The position numbers and the translations under genes were made by a program. A stretch of DNA of 64,000 nucleotides from Paramecium tetraurelia. Taxonomy: Eukaryota. Each line of letters starts with the position of its first letter. Position 1 is the stretch's first letter. The DNA is taken from assembly GCA_000165425.1 (NCBI GenBank), contig CT868031.1, positions 124,001 to 188,000 on the forward strand, in the 5' to 3' direction. Under the pieces are notes generated by a model. It was given only the letters and a program-made list of their open reading frames with translations. It was not told the DNA's origin and ran no database searches. This document shows positions 41,281 through 54,979 of the stretch, piece after piece.

Positions 41281-44200
41281 TCAAGTTCGTACTTGTTCTT
41301 TCTCATATTTCGCCATTCCAATAAAATTGACAATTCTAATGGTCCATGCTCTCTAAAGATTATTTTTAATATTAAAACTGTTTTGTTGTAAAATCAAACA
41401 TAACATATTCAAATATCCATAAATTGATGTCGTAATATCAAAGAAGTATTCTCCATAGACCATATACTCTTTTTGATACGCAATCAAATATATTATTATT
41501 TTATTAAGAAGTTATAAAACTGTTCTGATTAGAATTCAACTTCGAATGTTTTCAATTAAAACCATATACATCTAGTGTAGATAACATAGATTGTTTATCA
41601 CTCATGGGAATATTATTTCGAATTTCGTATAGTGTTACTGTCGAATGAATATAATGATTGATGTTTTTAATGTTAAAAAAGAAAGTAGTAAAATATACTC
41701 AAAAATTCTCATCTTCATCGGTTTCTTCCTCGATCAAACACAAGAATTTTTTCGTTTGCTAAGTTCTCTAGGCTTAGTTTCTAAAAGCCTAAATTTTTTA
41801 AAGCACTAAGATTGACATCTAATCCTAAGAAGTATCAAGTTAAGGATTAGACCAATTAAGTATCACTTCTTTCAAGTATGACTTCTCCTCATCACTAACT
41901 AATCCCAAAGAATGGAAATTTGAAAGTGTCTGGAATGCTAACTTGTAAAATGATTGCATTGCAATATAATTAATCATTAAATCTAATTGATATTGGTAAT
42001 AAATCCACAACGCATGGTTTCTTAGGATATTTTTTAATGAATTTTTTTATAATAACTTGCCAAATCAAATTATTCTAAATTCTCAAATACCTTCCAAAAT
42101 TCGATTACCATCCATTGTTATTATCATTAACAATATATTTATAAAAAAGAATGTTCGACATATTTATAATGACTATAATATAGTTTTATCAATAAATTTA
42201 TCCAAATTCACTAATGCTTCAATTTGCTTACAATTTTTTCAAATCACTCATTAATCGATCATTATTTTGGAAATTTTTCTACAATATTGCCTTTAATCGT
42301 ATATTAGATTGTTCTAAATTTTTTTCTCTCTATTTTAATTCATCTATTTCTTTATCCCTTTTTTACATATCTGACTTAATTTATAGACATTTTCTATTTT
42401 AATCTTCATTGATTTCCTTTACTTTCTAAACGTAATAATCGTAGTTTTGCGAATTATGTAAACACATTAAATCATTATTATATTTATCAGCAAGACTGTT
42501 TTTTAAATGTTCTTTTATCAAAACACTATTTGATCCAAAATAATATAGCTCTTTATCTATATTGTAGTAATGAATATAATATTTTAACTACTCTTCAGTT
42601 TTAATAGTTTGAAATATATTAACATATCTAGCAACAAATTCTTATCTAGGTATGCTTACAAAATAGGACTAACATAATAACAAAGCACTTTATTCTATTC
42701 CACTTTACATTAATTCAGTATTTATGACATTATTATCAGATGAAATTGCTTACTCATAATTTGTTGAGAAACATTTGACAAAAAATGTATACTATACCCC
42801 AAATAATCCAATCAACCTATTGATGGCTTATTAAGTTTCATCTGTTATTTTTTGATCTTTAGGTTGAAGAATAAATGATTTAATTATTGAGTTTTAGCTA
42901 AACGTGTTAATCTTTTGTATAATATCGCTTTCTGTTTAATTATTCTTAATTACAGCCTCAATCTCGTAATGTATTTCATTTCCTGTATGTTTGATGCCAA
43001 TTACACTTTATTTCTAATAGCAAGACCACTGACTTTGTGTTAAATTTTCCCCCATTTTTGGTTCAGCTATGAATACATTTTCAACTCCAGCATTTTAAGC
43101 TTATTCTTTAATCATGTCCTTTATTGATTTACCCTATTTTCTATCGAAATTCCTTAAACAATAGAATATGACATTTTCGAATAATGAAATTATTTCATCA
43201 TTTTTTTTAATAGTATCATGTTATTGATTCAAGTTTTCTGATTGAAATAAATCTAGTGATTAATATATAACTTTTACTATATGCATTATATTATATCTGA
43301 TTATAAAAAGTGTTTAACAATTTTTCATAGACATAATTTTACATTAACTATTCCAGCTTATTTTCTTACATTCCTAATTCATTTTCTACAATATCTAATC
43401 CAAAACTATCAAAAATATTTAATGTATATTATTGATTTTAATCGAATCCTGAAGAGAGATTTTAATTTATTTTATTTTGAATCCACTAAAATAGATTAAA
43501 ATAGAAATCAACAATTATATTACTGACGATAGACTCTAATTAAAGCTTTTTGCTTTAAATAGAGTCTTGGATTTTTTAATTAATAGTGGTTTCAAGAACT
43601 TGAATTTTCAACAATTCTTACGCCTAAGTAAAATTATATTCATATAAATGAATAAGGCCAGCAACACATTAGATTATATCTAGAATGTGTTATAAACTGA
43701 AATTGAGATCCCTAAAAGCTAAGAGAAGTTTCTTAAAATTTTCAAAGTCCTTCTCAATTTGCTAATCTGAGTCGGAATCCCTATGAGATTCTAAAATGGC
43801 AAAGTCAGAATTAAGTTGCAATTTTTCGATCTCCTCAACTATCTTAACTATATCTGGAAAATAGTCCTTATTCTATTACGCAAAACTTTCTAGAAATATA
43901 TAATTAATTTACTTAAGTCTTAAATTCTCTTATAAGCAATATATAATTGATAGAATATATGAAAATTTCTTTCCATTTTTCGTTTTTATATGACTCGACT
44001 TCCTTAAAACAGGATTGTAATAACTTTTGCACCTCTGATTTTCTTTTAATTGTCAAAGTGAATTTATAAATTGAAACCATATCTGGATGAGTCAGGATTA
44101 TTTATTGTCTTTGCATTTCCGAAAGCATCAAGTATGACTCTAGTAGATAAAATACTTTTTTCTATGCTTGGAGTATTATATTTTAATAATTCACTATTAG

Positions 44201-44750
44201 ACTTTATTGTAATGTATTTTAGGATATTATAACAAGCTTAAGTTTTACCTGATCCACTAATTCCTTAAATTATTATAGATGATGTTTTTTAAATGTTGTT
44301 TTGAGATAAGCACGCTTATATTGCCTTTTCTGCTAATTTTAAGATATGAGGTAGAGGATTTTGATTATCTATTTAATTTAACTATTGTTACCTATATTCT
44401 GATGGGTGCTTATAAAATCATGGTTATTTTTATTGTTAGTTTAAGAAATATCTTAAAAAAGGTTAAGTAATATAATATTGTTGTGCCCTAAACCTATATA
44501 GCTCCACTTCTTCGAGTAAGAGTACTTTAAAACCTTTAGAATATTGTCTAATGAAGGGTTGGGAATATCCTAATTTATAATAATGATGATTTACAGCTAT
44601 ATTATAGGGCATGTTTTGATTCCATTGGCAAATGTTTTCTTCAACTAGAGGAGTTTCAAGTTAATTCGAATTATTGATCTGTTAGTTCGAATTATTAGTG
44701 TAATACTAACTTGATGAAATTAATTAAGCTTCATTGTCCTCTGATTACAT
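41281..44750 (-). CDS. Highly divergent myosin heavy chain (motor, coiled coil, unknown tail); 3' end approximate, at least one frameshift
   Basis: Collinear myosin motifs PLPHILKLAEKA, IIIQGISGSGKT, ILDAFGNAKTINNPDSSRYG, ERNFHIFYQ, NIFDSFGLD...NKLEQLMQNYVYEKI, GIKHTGNEIHY and YYFGSNSVLIK, followed by a coiled coil. Confidence 0.82.
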
Positions 44751-44805
44751 GAAAATCTATTAAACTTAAATTATTATGTAGCAGATTAATTTAAATTATA
44801 AAATA

Positions 44806-47800
44806 TCAATCTTGTTATTATTTCTAGTGATGGCTCATCAATTTATTGAAAAATCCTCCTTCAATTTTGATCAGTTCTTAATACTCTCCTTCTTCAACTA
44901 TTTCTCCTTACTCCATAACAACTATTTTGTCATAGATTTTAATGTTTTCTAATCTATGAGTAATCACTAATAAAGTTCTATTTTCAGCAAACTTAAAGAG
45001 CAAATCATGTAGCAACTAGAAATTGTTAATAATAATATGATACTTAATCTGTTTTAGGATCCATGTTTGAAGTGGCCTCGTCTAAACAAATAATCTCTTT
45101 GTTCATAAGAACAATTCTTAAAAAGTTCAGTACTTATTTCTCTCCATTCGATAGATTAGATCCATTTTAAGATATAACAAAATCTGCGTTGCAAGAATTG
45201 TTATTTGTATTATTAATGCCTCTTAATTAAAATCCTGTGTCAACAAACAACTTCTCAATGGCTTCTTTGGTGGTTTTATTTTAAGGATCTAAATTTTCTT
45301 TGACACTTGCATTATATAGGAATCCAAATTGAGGTACCACAGATAATTAAGATCTCAATTCTCTCAAAGTCAATTTTGAAGACTAATTGATAAATAGAAA
45401 CTATTACATCCATTCCATTTATAAAGATCTATCCATATTAATGATGGTAGAGTCCAAATAAGATATTTAAGATCGAAGTTTTTCCAGATCCTGTTCTTCC
45501 AACAAAGGCTATTTTCTACCCTTTCTTGATTGTTAAGGAGAAGTTTTTTAATGCGAATTTAGCCTCAGCGGAAACATTCTCATAAGTCAGAAAGATGTTC
45601 TTAAATGTAACAGCATTTTCTATTCTGTAATCAGTAAATTCTTTAACATCCTTCCAGATTTCCAATTCAACCTTTGGGAGTATTTGAACCTTGTCAATAT
45701 TTTCAGTTTCATTGCTAAAATACTATTTGACTCTCTCCACAGAAACTATTGCTGATTCCATTCTTAAATATAAAGAAAATAAATCATAGAAACTGTCTAA
45801 TACAACCATTGAATAAGTAATTGCCAAGGCTTGGACTGAGTAATCATCATTAAAATCAAGTATTATAGTAAGGATGGCAAAACTTGATACGCAAATAAGA
45901 ATTAAATTGCTCATCAAATTTAATCTGACTCCAAACCATAGTTTCGATCTTTCTCCACATTGATCTGTTATTACCCAATTTTACAATTTGTTCTAGAAGG
46001 TTTGGCAGAATAAAGAATTTTTATCAAAGGCTCTTATCACTTTGATTCCAGTGAGAGTTTCATTGACTGTTTGAAGTAGAGACCCTTAATTGACTGATTT
46101 TAATCTCTTGATTTCTCTATTTGATTTAATGTAGGTCTTACTGACCTAATAATAAAGAGCCACAACTCCTATTAATATTAATACGAAAATGGGTTCCAAT
46201 ATAACCAACCCTACAGATAACCCAGTCACTCTGCTAACATTCTCTAAAAAGCAATGAAAGGTCCAACTTAAATCATCATCAATCATTTGTGTATCATCTT
46301 ATATTCTGTTTATTATTCTTCCAGCATTTGTTTTATCGTAAAACTTCATCACAGATTCCATTAGAACCTTGTTCAATCTAAAATTATCTACAATAATTAT
46401 ACTTAACAAAAAGCACCCAAGCTGATCTTAATGCAGTTGAAACATATAAAGCAGCTCTAACAAAAGTAATTGATAAGGCGAATAAAGTGAGATAGAGTAA
46501 GGTATCAGTGAATGAATTATTAAAATGAATTGTAATTTAATGCAACCATGAGTCACTATCTCCCTTCAATTCTGATTTCAACCAGAAATCAATTAAAGAC
46601 ATTGATCCTTACATAAAGAAATTCACAATAACCCATCCTATCAAAAGGAACCAACTCATACTGCTAAAGTAAGTTATCCAAGTATTCATATTTATCTTTC
46701 CTTGTTCTCTTTGTTCCTGGTTCTTTGAATCGTCATCTTCCTCTTTATGTTAAAATTACTCCTTCTCAGATTTCTTAGAACTTTTCTATTTAATCAATCC
46801 TGGCAATGCTTCCTCTATTTCCTCCTCAATATTTGGCTTGTCCTCCTCTGGTTATTATTCCTTCTCCAAGTATTCATTGATGATATTTCTATCATTGATG
46901 ATCTATCCATTTTCTAAATATATTATCCTTGATTTCACAGTTGGAGGCACTTAATTCAAATATCTATAATGGGAAGTGATCAATATTACAGTTTTCCCAT
47001 TTTTGATTAAGAAGTCCAACACAGTCTTCTAAAATATTTGATCTGCGATGTGAATGTCCAAAGATGAGAATATATCATCAAATAAATAGATATCGCAGTT
47101 TTAATAGAGAGCCCTGGCCAATGTGATTCTTTGCTTCTATCCTCCACTCAAATTCTTACCATCAGGTCCGATCTCATGAAAATCTTATTTCTCAAAAGTC
47201 ATAATGTCCTTCCTTATCTCACAAACATCAATTACTTCATTGTATAATTTCTAATTAAAAGGTAATCCAAATAGTATGTTGTCCCTAATGCTCATATTCT
47301 ACACCCAAGATGTCTAAGAACAATAACCGATATTTCCTTTAATTATTATTTGATCACTAATTGTCAGCATTCTTTCTCCTGAGATTAATGAATCTGATCT
47401 TATTGAAATGCTGTTGTACATTCCTTCGTATTAGTTATACTTCTATAACTCATTCAAAATTGCATTGAACAACGCACTCTTCCCTGATCCAATCTTGCCT
47501 ATTACAAAATTCAAAGTGTTTCTCTCTATCTTTAATTCATCAATCCTTAATAAGAATTACGAATTTTCATTCACTTAATCGAATACAATTACGTCGTCAC
47601 TAATTTAGTTCTTTTTCAATGCTCTATTTTATTGTTCATTTTTTTCAATTGGCCATTCACATAGTAACCCTTCAATCAATATGACATCTCCCTCTTTGGC
47701 ATAAGGTAACTAGAAACGATCATCGGGATCGATCTCCTGTTACTGAAGGAATTTCGAGATTCTACTAAAGGAAACATATGCCATTAATCCAGAATTAATG

Positions 47801-48946
47801 CACCAAGGTAAAATACCCAAGGGGAATATCATCATATTGAAAACAGCGATTAAAGAAAAGATATTCAAGTCAGAGAGTGATTTGCCATTGTTCACGGATG
47901 AAATTATATAGGTGCACAATAGTACATAGCTAACATTATTCCAAAATATTGAGCATAATCCATCAAATCCTTTTAATAAACTAAGCATAAAGAACTCCCA
48001 GTTTCTGAATCCCATAATCTTTTTGCTAAAGGTTTCTTCCCATGAGAGGTACTTGATTTATTTCATTCCTTCAATCACATCAGTTGACAACCCTACTCTC
48101 ATATCCTTGTATTCTAACATCTTCTTTTCGGATCTCATCATGACTGCAGTAACAATAAGATTGAAAACTTGGGCACAAAGCATTGTAACTACAACTATTG
48201 TACCTGCATGAGAATCTAGGTGATATAAAAATATTAAGCATCCAGTTATTAACAGGATTGCTTCCCATGTATCTCTAATGGTAAAGTTGATTAACATAAT
48301 TTGATCCAAATCTGCAGTTAGGAGTGTCTAAAAATATATTTCAATTTACATTGATATTGGCTGAATGACTGTCACTCTCACCTTTGCTGCTGATGCACTG
48401 GACTCTCAAAGCTTTATCGTATATCAAATATTCAGATATCAATCTAAGTCGAAGCACAAAGAGATTCACGAACTGATCTGTTTTGGCATTGAGGTATGTT
48501 CTTAATAATAAAATCCTTTATATACTTGAGAAGAGAGAGACAAATAATACCGCAAATTGCCAATATAGGTTGATACAACAATTCTCTATTTAAATTTATT
48601 AAGGAATCTGTGGCATAATTTAACATTAGTAAATTTCCTAGCATAATAATGTCCGTGGCTGTCTGTATTCCAAGCAACTAGCAGATTCTAACCAAGAAAA
48701 AATGTCGAAAGATTTTTCTGTATAAATCTTTAGGCTTAGATTGTAAAATACTAATAATCTCGATGAAATTTACTCCTTTAATTCCTGGAGGATTTGCTCG
48801 CAATCTGACTCTTTAATAACAAAATTCCTCAAATCACTGTTTTGTATTTGTCCATCCATACCATTGATCATGTTGATCAAGGGTGTGATTTCACTAAATA
48901 ACCAGTTGTCTGATTTTACTTATTTGGTCAAGAATGATTATTCCAT
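44806..48946 (-). CDS. ABC transporter, subfamily C (MRP-like), full-length
   Basis: TMD-NBD-TMD-NBD layout. NBD1 GKIGSGKS and NLSGGQKQRITLARALY...LDDIFSSLD. NBD2 VGRTGSGKTS and NLSNGEKQ...LDEATSNMD, ITHRL. Confidence 0.95.
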
Positions 48947-49218
48947 AAATATATTATATAATTTAGCTGATGTGGCAATTTTATGTATTATAAAAATTCT
49001 TTAATATTAATTTATTAGGAATCCCATTAATCAGAAACATAAATTCAATGATATCAACTGAAATTTCATTGTGAATCTAATAAGTTTCAAAATAATAAAA
49101 GAATAATTAAATTATTTATTCTATATTCCTTATTCGCAAATTAATAATATGGAAACAATATTGAATTATTAATATAATCCATATTTAATTAATTAATTGT
49201 TATTCGAAATATATACAC

Positions 49219-52200
49219 TCATTAATTTATAATGACATAAAGCAGTTCAACTCTTGACAATTGATTGTTGTGTTTCGCTATTTCAAGCTCCTACAAAAAG
49301 TTATTTCTTGTCTTATTGCACAGTTCCTTAATCATGATCTTATATAGATCTTAGAACTAGAGATCTTTCTCCTTGGTTCATAGACATAAATTAATACTTC
49401 AATGCATAACCGCAATAATTGTTGGAGGTATTTCTAGTAGTTCTCAATCACATGTGCATCTCCCAAATAAGTTTCCTAAACAGGTATAAATTGATTGATG
49501 TATGACAAAATGGAAAAAAGATGCTTTCTAGTTTCTTAATTCTATTCCCCTCCATTTTGATCGATTGCATCAAAGCAAAAGAGCTGTAAGTTCGGCAATA
49601 AAAACTTCTGATTTTTACTATCCAATAGATGCTATTAAAATATCATAAATCAAGTCTTACCTTTGATGAGGGGTATGGCAAAAACAAATTACAAAATTCA
49701 CTTACGCAAACAACAATCATATTGTACTGCTTTCTGTAAAATTTCTAATAACAACTACATAATGCTATGACAGTCCTAGTGTAATAGTCAAGGGACAGCT
49801 AGTCTTTGCTCATAGCTTTTCCGATATCTCTCTTCTTGCCTAAATATCCAGATATTGTCTTGAAGGTCACCAGCAAATTATCAAGCAATTTTTAAGTGAA
49901 TTACTTTTATTATAGAGAATTTAACCATTGTCCTGCTATTGCACTCAACTTTAGAATAATCTAAATATATAATTAGGAGTGCTGTTATTCAAATGATTAC
50001 AACAAAAGCTATGTAAGTTTGAGAATAAAGTCACATGGTTCAGGTAATGAATTTGGGAGTATAAAATCATAAAGTAAATCAGTTAATTGATATGCTTAAG
50101 TAGACCCATGATGTAATTAATGAATAAGTTCTGAAATCACATTCTTCCATCCTGAATCTCCAAATAAAAAGTCATTCTTCAAATTATCAACTTTCAATAA
50201 TCTTACTCTCTCACTGTACTACAGTTTTTATGTTTATTAAATTTATTGATTCAACAATATGGCATTGAAATTTTATATATAGTTGATTACATTATCTAGT
50301 AAGTTTAATTAATATTAATATTTCTCGTTGAAGGCCATCACTTCATCTTGAGTGCCCATCTTTTCAATTGACTTTTTAACTGTATTGAGTAACTAATGAT
50401 ATGAATACTTTAAAATACATCCTAAATTTCTAGATGATTGATAGTTGAAATGCTCTCTATCATGCTATTTTCGCATAAAAGATCTACTATATTGCTCAAC
50501 AATTCCATTTTAGTTCCAATTCCCTCGAAAGTTGCTTCAATAGCTCCTTGACAAAGCCAACTTAGAGCTTAAGTAGCACTTCTCATATATTGTTCATCCC
50601 TTATATATTTACCCCTCATACTTGAGAAGATAATAAATGAATAAGAAGTATAATCGCAGAATCTTCCCAACAATTAATAAGTTTTTTATAACTAAACATT
50701 AGTAATAGATAATTTACATTTAATTGAACATTCTTCTCTATTTTAGTTTAACCTGGTTTAATGGCCATGATTGTATTGGGTATAAAGTTATCCAAAAACT
50801 AGGTCATGTAATCCTCACTAAATAAAACCCCTAAAGTCATGAGATGGCTAGCTCTTAATCTATTTTCTTCATTGTTATCCACTATCTCTTTATAAATAGC
50901 TGGCCACATTTTTCTCACTTAATTTTTAATGAATCCTCTCATTCCCAATTTAGGTCTTTCCTTAAAAGGAGGAGGCAGTGGCAATTATGATAATTTTCCA
51001 TCTAATATCCAAGCAGGTTCTATTCCTAATTGTCTCACATTTTTGATATCCTTCTCCTTTTCAATCTCCCACTCTTTACCAACATCTTCAATTATCTATA
51101 AGGCTGCCTCTTGAATTGATGGATCAATGTCGAAGAGTCCAGATAAAAGATAAGGAACAAGTCTTGGGTGATGATCCCACCTATCTGCCAATCCTCTCAA
51201 CCAAAACCCAATTTCCTTGATGAAGGCTTACCTTACTTATTATTTTGGATCAATGATTAATGTAGCCTAATTGTATATTAACAATCATCTTTACAAAATA
51301 ATTGATATGATGCATAGGTTCAAAGAAGGCTTTTATCGGAACTGAGTTGGGATCTTTAAAGCCTGTCAATATTTCAAAGACAAATGCATTATTTTTCCAT
51401 ACTCCGCATAAGAGAACAGCTGATAGAGCCTCCAAAGCTGCTATCCTAACTGGACTCTTCTTATTCACGAGTGGATGGAGAATTGCTCTTCCCATCTTCT
51501 CTGTAAAATGCAAGAGCATTTAATGGTTGACCTTGCAAAATTTACTCAAACTCTTGCAAGCTTCCTTTTGGACTTCTCCAAAGGGATCCATTAAAAATGC
51601 TCGATGAATATCTACTATGTCATCAATATATTCATGTAAGTTATCACTATCATTTTTACACATAATCGAATATAAGAATTATATCAACAGTAATCGAATC
51701 TTGAGATAGAATCACAGATTTACCTCTTCTGATTCTTCAATAAATTTCATTAGTCTTGTGGGCAGTTATGAGGGAGGTGGTCTCATTACCTCAGGTAGAT
51801 GACTGATTCCTTCTAAGTCCTAGCAATTGCTTCTTTCTATCAAGACTGAAAAAACATAACTCAATATGGGTTCATTATCCTCTGAATTTGTTATCAATCT
51901 AGCCGATATGACTTAATTGATACTCGATCATTGATTTTATGGACATTTCTCGAACCTTTTCATTGGTATCTGAGAAAGCCTTCAAAAGTACTTTGCCGTA
52001 TTTTAAAAGTATTTGTTATGACAATGCTAATGGTATTGATTTTTCGTTTACAATCTGATTGAGCAATATTTGGATCTGTAACTTTTTAATATATCTAAGT
52101 GATTGCTGTTTTCCTCAAAGTTGGATTTTATTCATGTATGGCATTCGTATTCTATTTGAAAAAGGATTCCAATTCCTAAATTTGTATATATATTCATACT

Positions 52201-52229
52201 AGATTGTCTCCAATTATGAAATCGTTCAT
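49219..52229 (-). CDS. DNAAF5: Dynein axonemal assembly factor 5 (HEATR2)
   Basis: HEAT repeats with DPFGEVQKEAC, SPVRIAALEAL, WLRGLADRWDHHPRLVPYLLSGLFD and ERPKLGMRGFI, characteristic of DNAAF5; several introns. Confidence 0.82.
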
Positions 52230-52419
52230 TTAATTAAAAAATATATATAATAAATTGATTATCCATTTTTTAGAAATAATAATAAGAAAGTAAGGATTTA
52301 TTGATATATACTGATTATTAACTATCTTCTAGATTTAAGAGATGTTGGTGAAAATCCTATCTATTATGTAATTATAAAAGTCGTGTTAAGCCTGTATTTC
52401 TCAGTTTAATTATAATAAT

Positions 52420-53368
52420 ATGTTAAACAAAATAACTCAAGTTTATCGACTTTCGAATCTTAAGTTGCATTATCCAAAAGGATTCGCTAAGATTTTTAAG
52501 ATACCTCATCATGCCACTACAAGTGACATCGTTTAATTAATCAAACAAGAGGAGCAAAGTTTCTAAAGTGTTAAAATTACAATGGGGGACAAAGATATGA
52601 CTGATCAATAATTGCCTTTCGTTGACTTAGTATTGCACAACACTCCTTCAATTAATATTGACGATGTGAATTTCTCATTTGAATTAGATTTAAATGGTTG
52701 CGCACCATATTACATGAATTCTGAATTAGAAACAGCTTTTGGACAACTTGAGATTCCATATTTCGATGCCTTGGTGATTGCTAGATTCCATGAATTGATG
52801 GTTTAGCAACTGAATCCAAATAAGCAATCCCACAGTCCGGTTGAAATTGAAAGTGCAATTCAAAAGGCTTTGGCAAAATTTGCAGAAGAAAATGCCACTA
52901 GTTCTCAATTCTGGTAATTGTAGTCGACAGTGTTGCAGAACTTGGATTAGGTCATTGTGTACTACGAGAAAATAGTGGCTGAAGTAACCGATGAAGCAAC
53001 TAAAGTATTTACAACATCTCAATATTTTATAGCAAGGTCACAAATTGTTGAAATAACTCATAGTGTTCGCTCTGATTTAGTATTTCTTTCTGCTTTATTT
53101 GACTTATGGAATTTACGATTGGGGAGTGTCAGAACCAATATCATATTTGATGGCCTAGGTGATGGAAACAGTTGCCTTGTTCTACTTCATCAAGAAGGGA
53201 AGGGCGTTTAAGCAGACTCATTTATTTAAAAACAAATTCGATAAGACGTTCTATGAACTCATCAATAAGAAAACCAATTCTACGTATTTCATGAAAGACC
53301 TTGAATTTGCAAAACTAAAGGCTGACCTCATTCAAGCTAAGGTAGTGTATGGAACAACATCAGTTTGA
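52420..53368 (+). CDS. Mitochondrial calcium uniporter (MCU) family protein with non-canonical filter
   Basis: After a 28-nt intron: ...KLLKQLIVFALIQYFFLLYLTYGIYDWGVSEPISYLMAQVMETVALFYFI. This aligns with the MCU TM1-loop-TM2 region (human LTWWEYSWDIMEPVTYF). Confidence 0.82.
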
Positions 53369-53453
53369 AAGGGCACAACAGGATTGTCATTTTACAAATA
53401 TAACAATAAATATAAATATAATTATTGGGAATTCATTCCATTGATAGAACATT

Positions 53454-54867
53454 ATGTAAATTATTCTTCTCCAATCACTGTTCCTCTTTGCATTTGCTAC
53501 TAATTATAATGAATTCAACCACACCTTAACACTCAAAGATATCAAGAGAAATATCTCATTCTAATCGTAATACATTTTTAACCTTTAGATAGTAATACTT
53601 GGGCATGGAAGTACTTCCGAATGAACCTGAGAACATCTAACAAATATAACCCTTAACTTATTCGGAGACGAGAGCAATCTTTTATTTCAAGCACGCCATC
53701 AATGGTTCGTATATTGGTTTGAGGAATAAGGATTCGACAATTTATGCTCTACAGAAAAATTGCACATTGGTATTCATTTCTTTAGAGAACGACTCTCGTT
53801 CTCAAGAGTTTAAACCGAATTGTCTCTAATTATTAATTGACAAAGATCAGAGTCATCTTGCCATCCTTTACCCAGACTCTATAATTCTGTACAACACCGA
53901 ATCAGATTAGGTTGAAACTGTGGAGTACAACTATACTGATGCAGTTACTGACATCAGACTCACTTAGAAGTACATCCTGATATCTAAGGGGTTGCAAGGC
54001 ATGGATATGTTGAGTTTTCAGGGAGAGCTTATCTTAAATAATTTTATGGCCAATAAAAATATTTTGCAAGCCTCCATTCATGCCAACAGATTGGTATTAC
54101 TTTTTGATGGAGGTTTGCTCATTTTTAACTTTAAGTTAAGTCCTCGATTAATTAATGAAATTTAAATAGATGAATGTGTAAGGTTTGAACATAACAATAA
54201 ACTTTTCATTATTTAAACTAAAACTAAGATTTTAGAATATTTCTGGAAAAATCTTCTAGTCAATCAAGAAATTATTACTAATTCTGAGGTCACTAGCATT
54301 TCACTCCATTAGGAGTACCTATAATTTATATCCAATGGACGTCTTTATTAGAAGTTGGTTGGTATTATTAAGGACGATTTCAATCTCAGTAAAATTAATG
54401 TGACGGCATATGAAACTAAATCTACTCGCATTGTAGGGTATTAAGAGAAGAATTAGTTGATTTTGTAGAATGATTAATAATTTGAGATAGTATTTTGGCA
54501 TTTCCAACCAGCCTTTTTAATTTTTAAACCTAAAACTACAGGGTTGTTGACCTGTCTAGTCGATCTGTATTAGAAGGACACCAGAAGTTTTAATTCAACT
54601 GTGGAAATCGTTCACTATAAAATCTACATTGAGGTTATAGAGGAAGAAATTACAACGTTCGAAATTTTAATCATAATGGTAGTTATATTATCTTTAATAA
54701 TACTATTTTATATTATCAGGAGGATTGTGTTGATCTAAATTTTGAAGAAAAAAACATAAAAAGAGAAAAAAGATGACCCAGAAAACGAAAGTAAAACAGA
54801 TTCTGAATTTAAAGTGGTTTCTGAAAGTTAGCCTTAAGAGGAAGTTTAAGCTTTGAATACCAAATGA
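53454..54867 (+). CDS. Type-I single-pass membrane protein (~460 aa) with beta-rich ectodomain
   Basis: Signal peptide MQIILLQSLFLFAFA; C-terminal TM ILIIMVVILSLIILFYII followed by RR and a charged tail; short intron ~53567. Confidence 0.75.
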
Positions 54868-54979
54868 GATTATTTTTATCAATCTTTTATTAGGTTCAAT
54901 CCAAAACTATAAGCTTCAATCTATCTATAAAAGAATATTTTTTCTTATTTTAATATAGATATTCAATTAAAACACATAA

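Noticed and set aside
44241..44270. Walker A GISGSGKT first read as a NACHT/STAND NTPase
   Set aside because: Flanking AFGNAKT, SSRYG and ERNFHIFYQ motifs identify a myosin motor.
45060..45170. Degenerate NBD2 signature (LSNGE) in the ABC transporter
   Set aside because: Asymmetric nucleotide-binding sites are normal for ABCC transporters.
19375..53368. Apparent clustering of mitochondrial or ciliary genes as an operon-like system
   Set aside because: The genes are interspersed with unrelated ones on both strands; the frequency is plausible by chance in a gene-dense ciliate chromosome.
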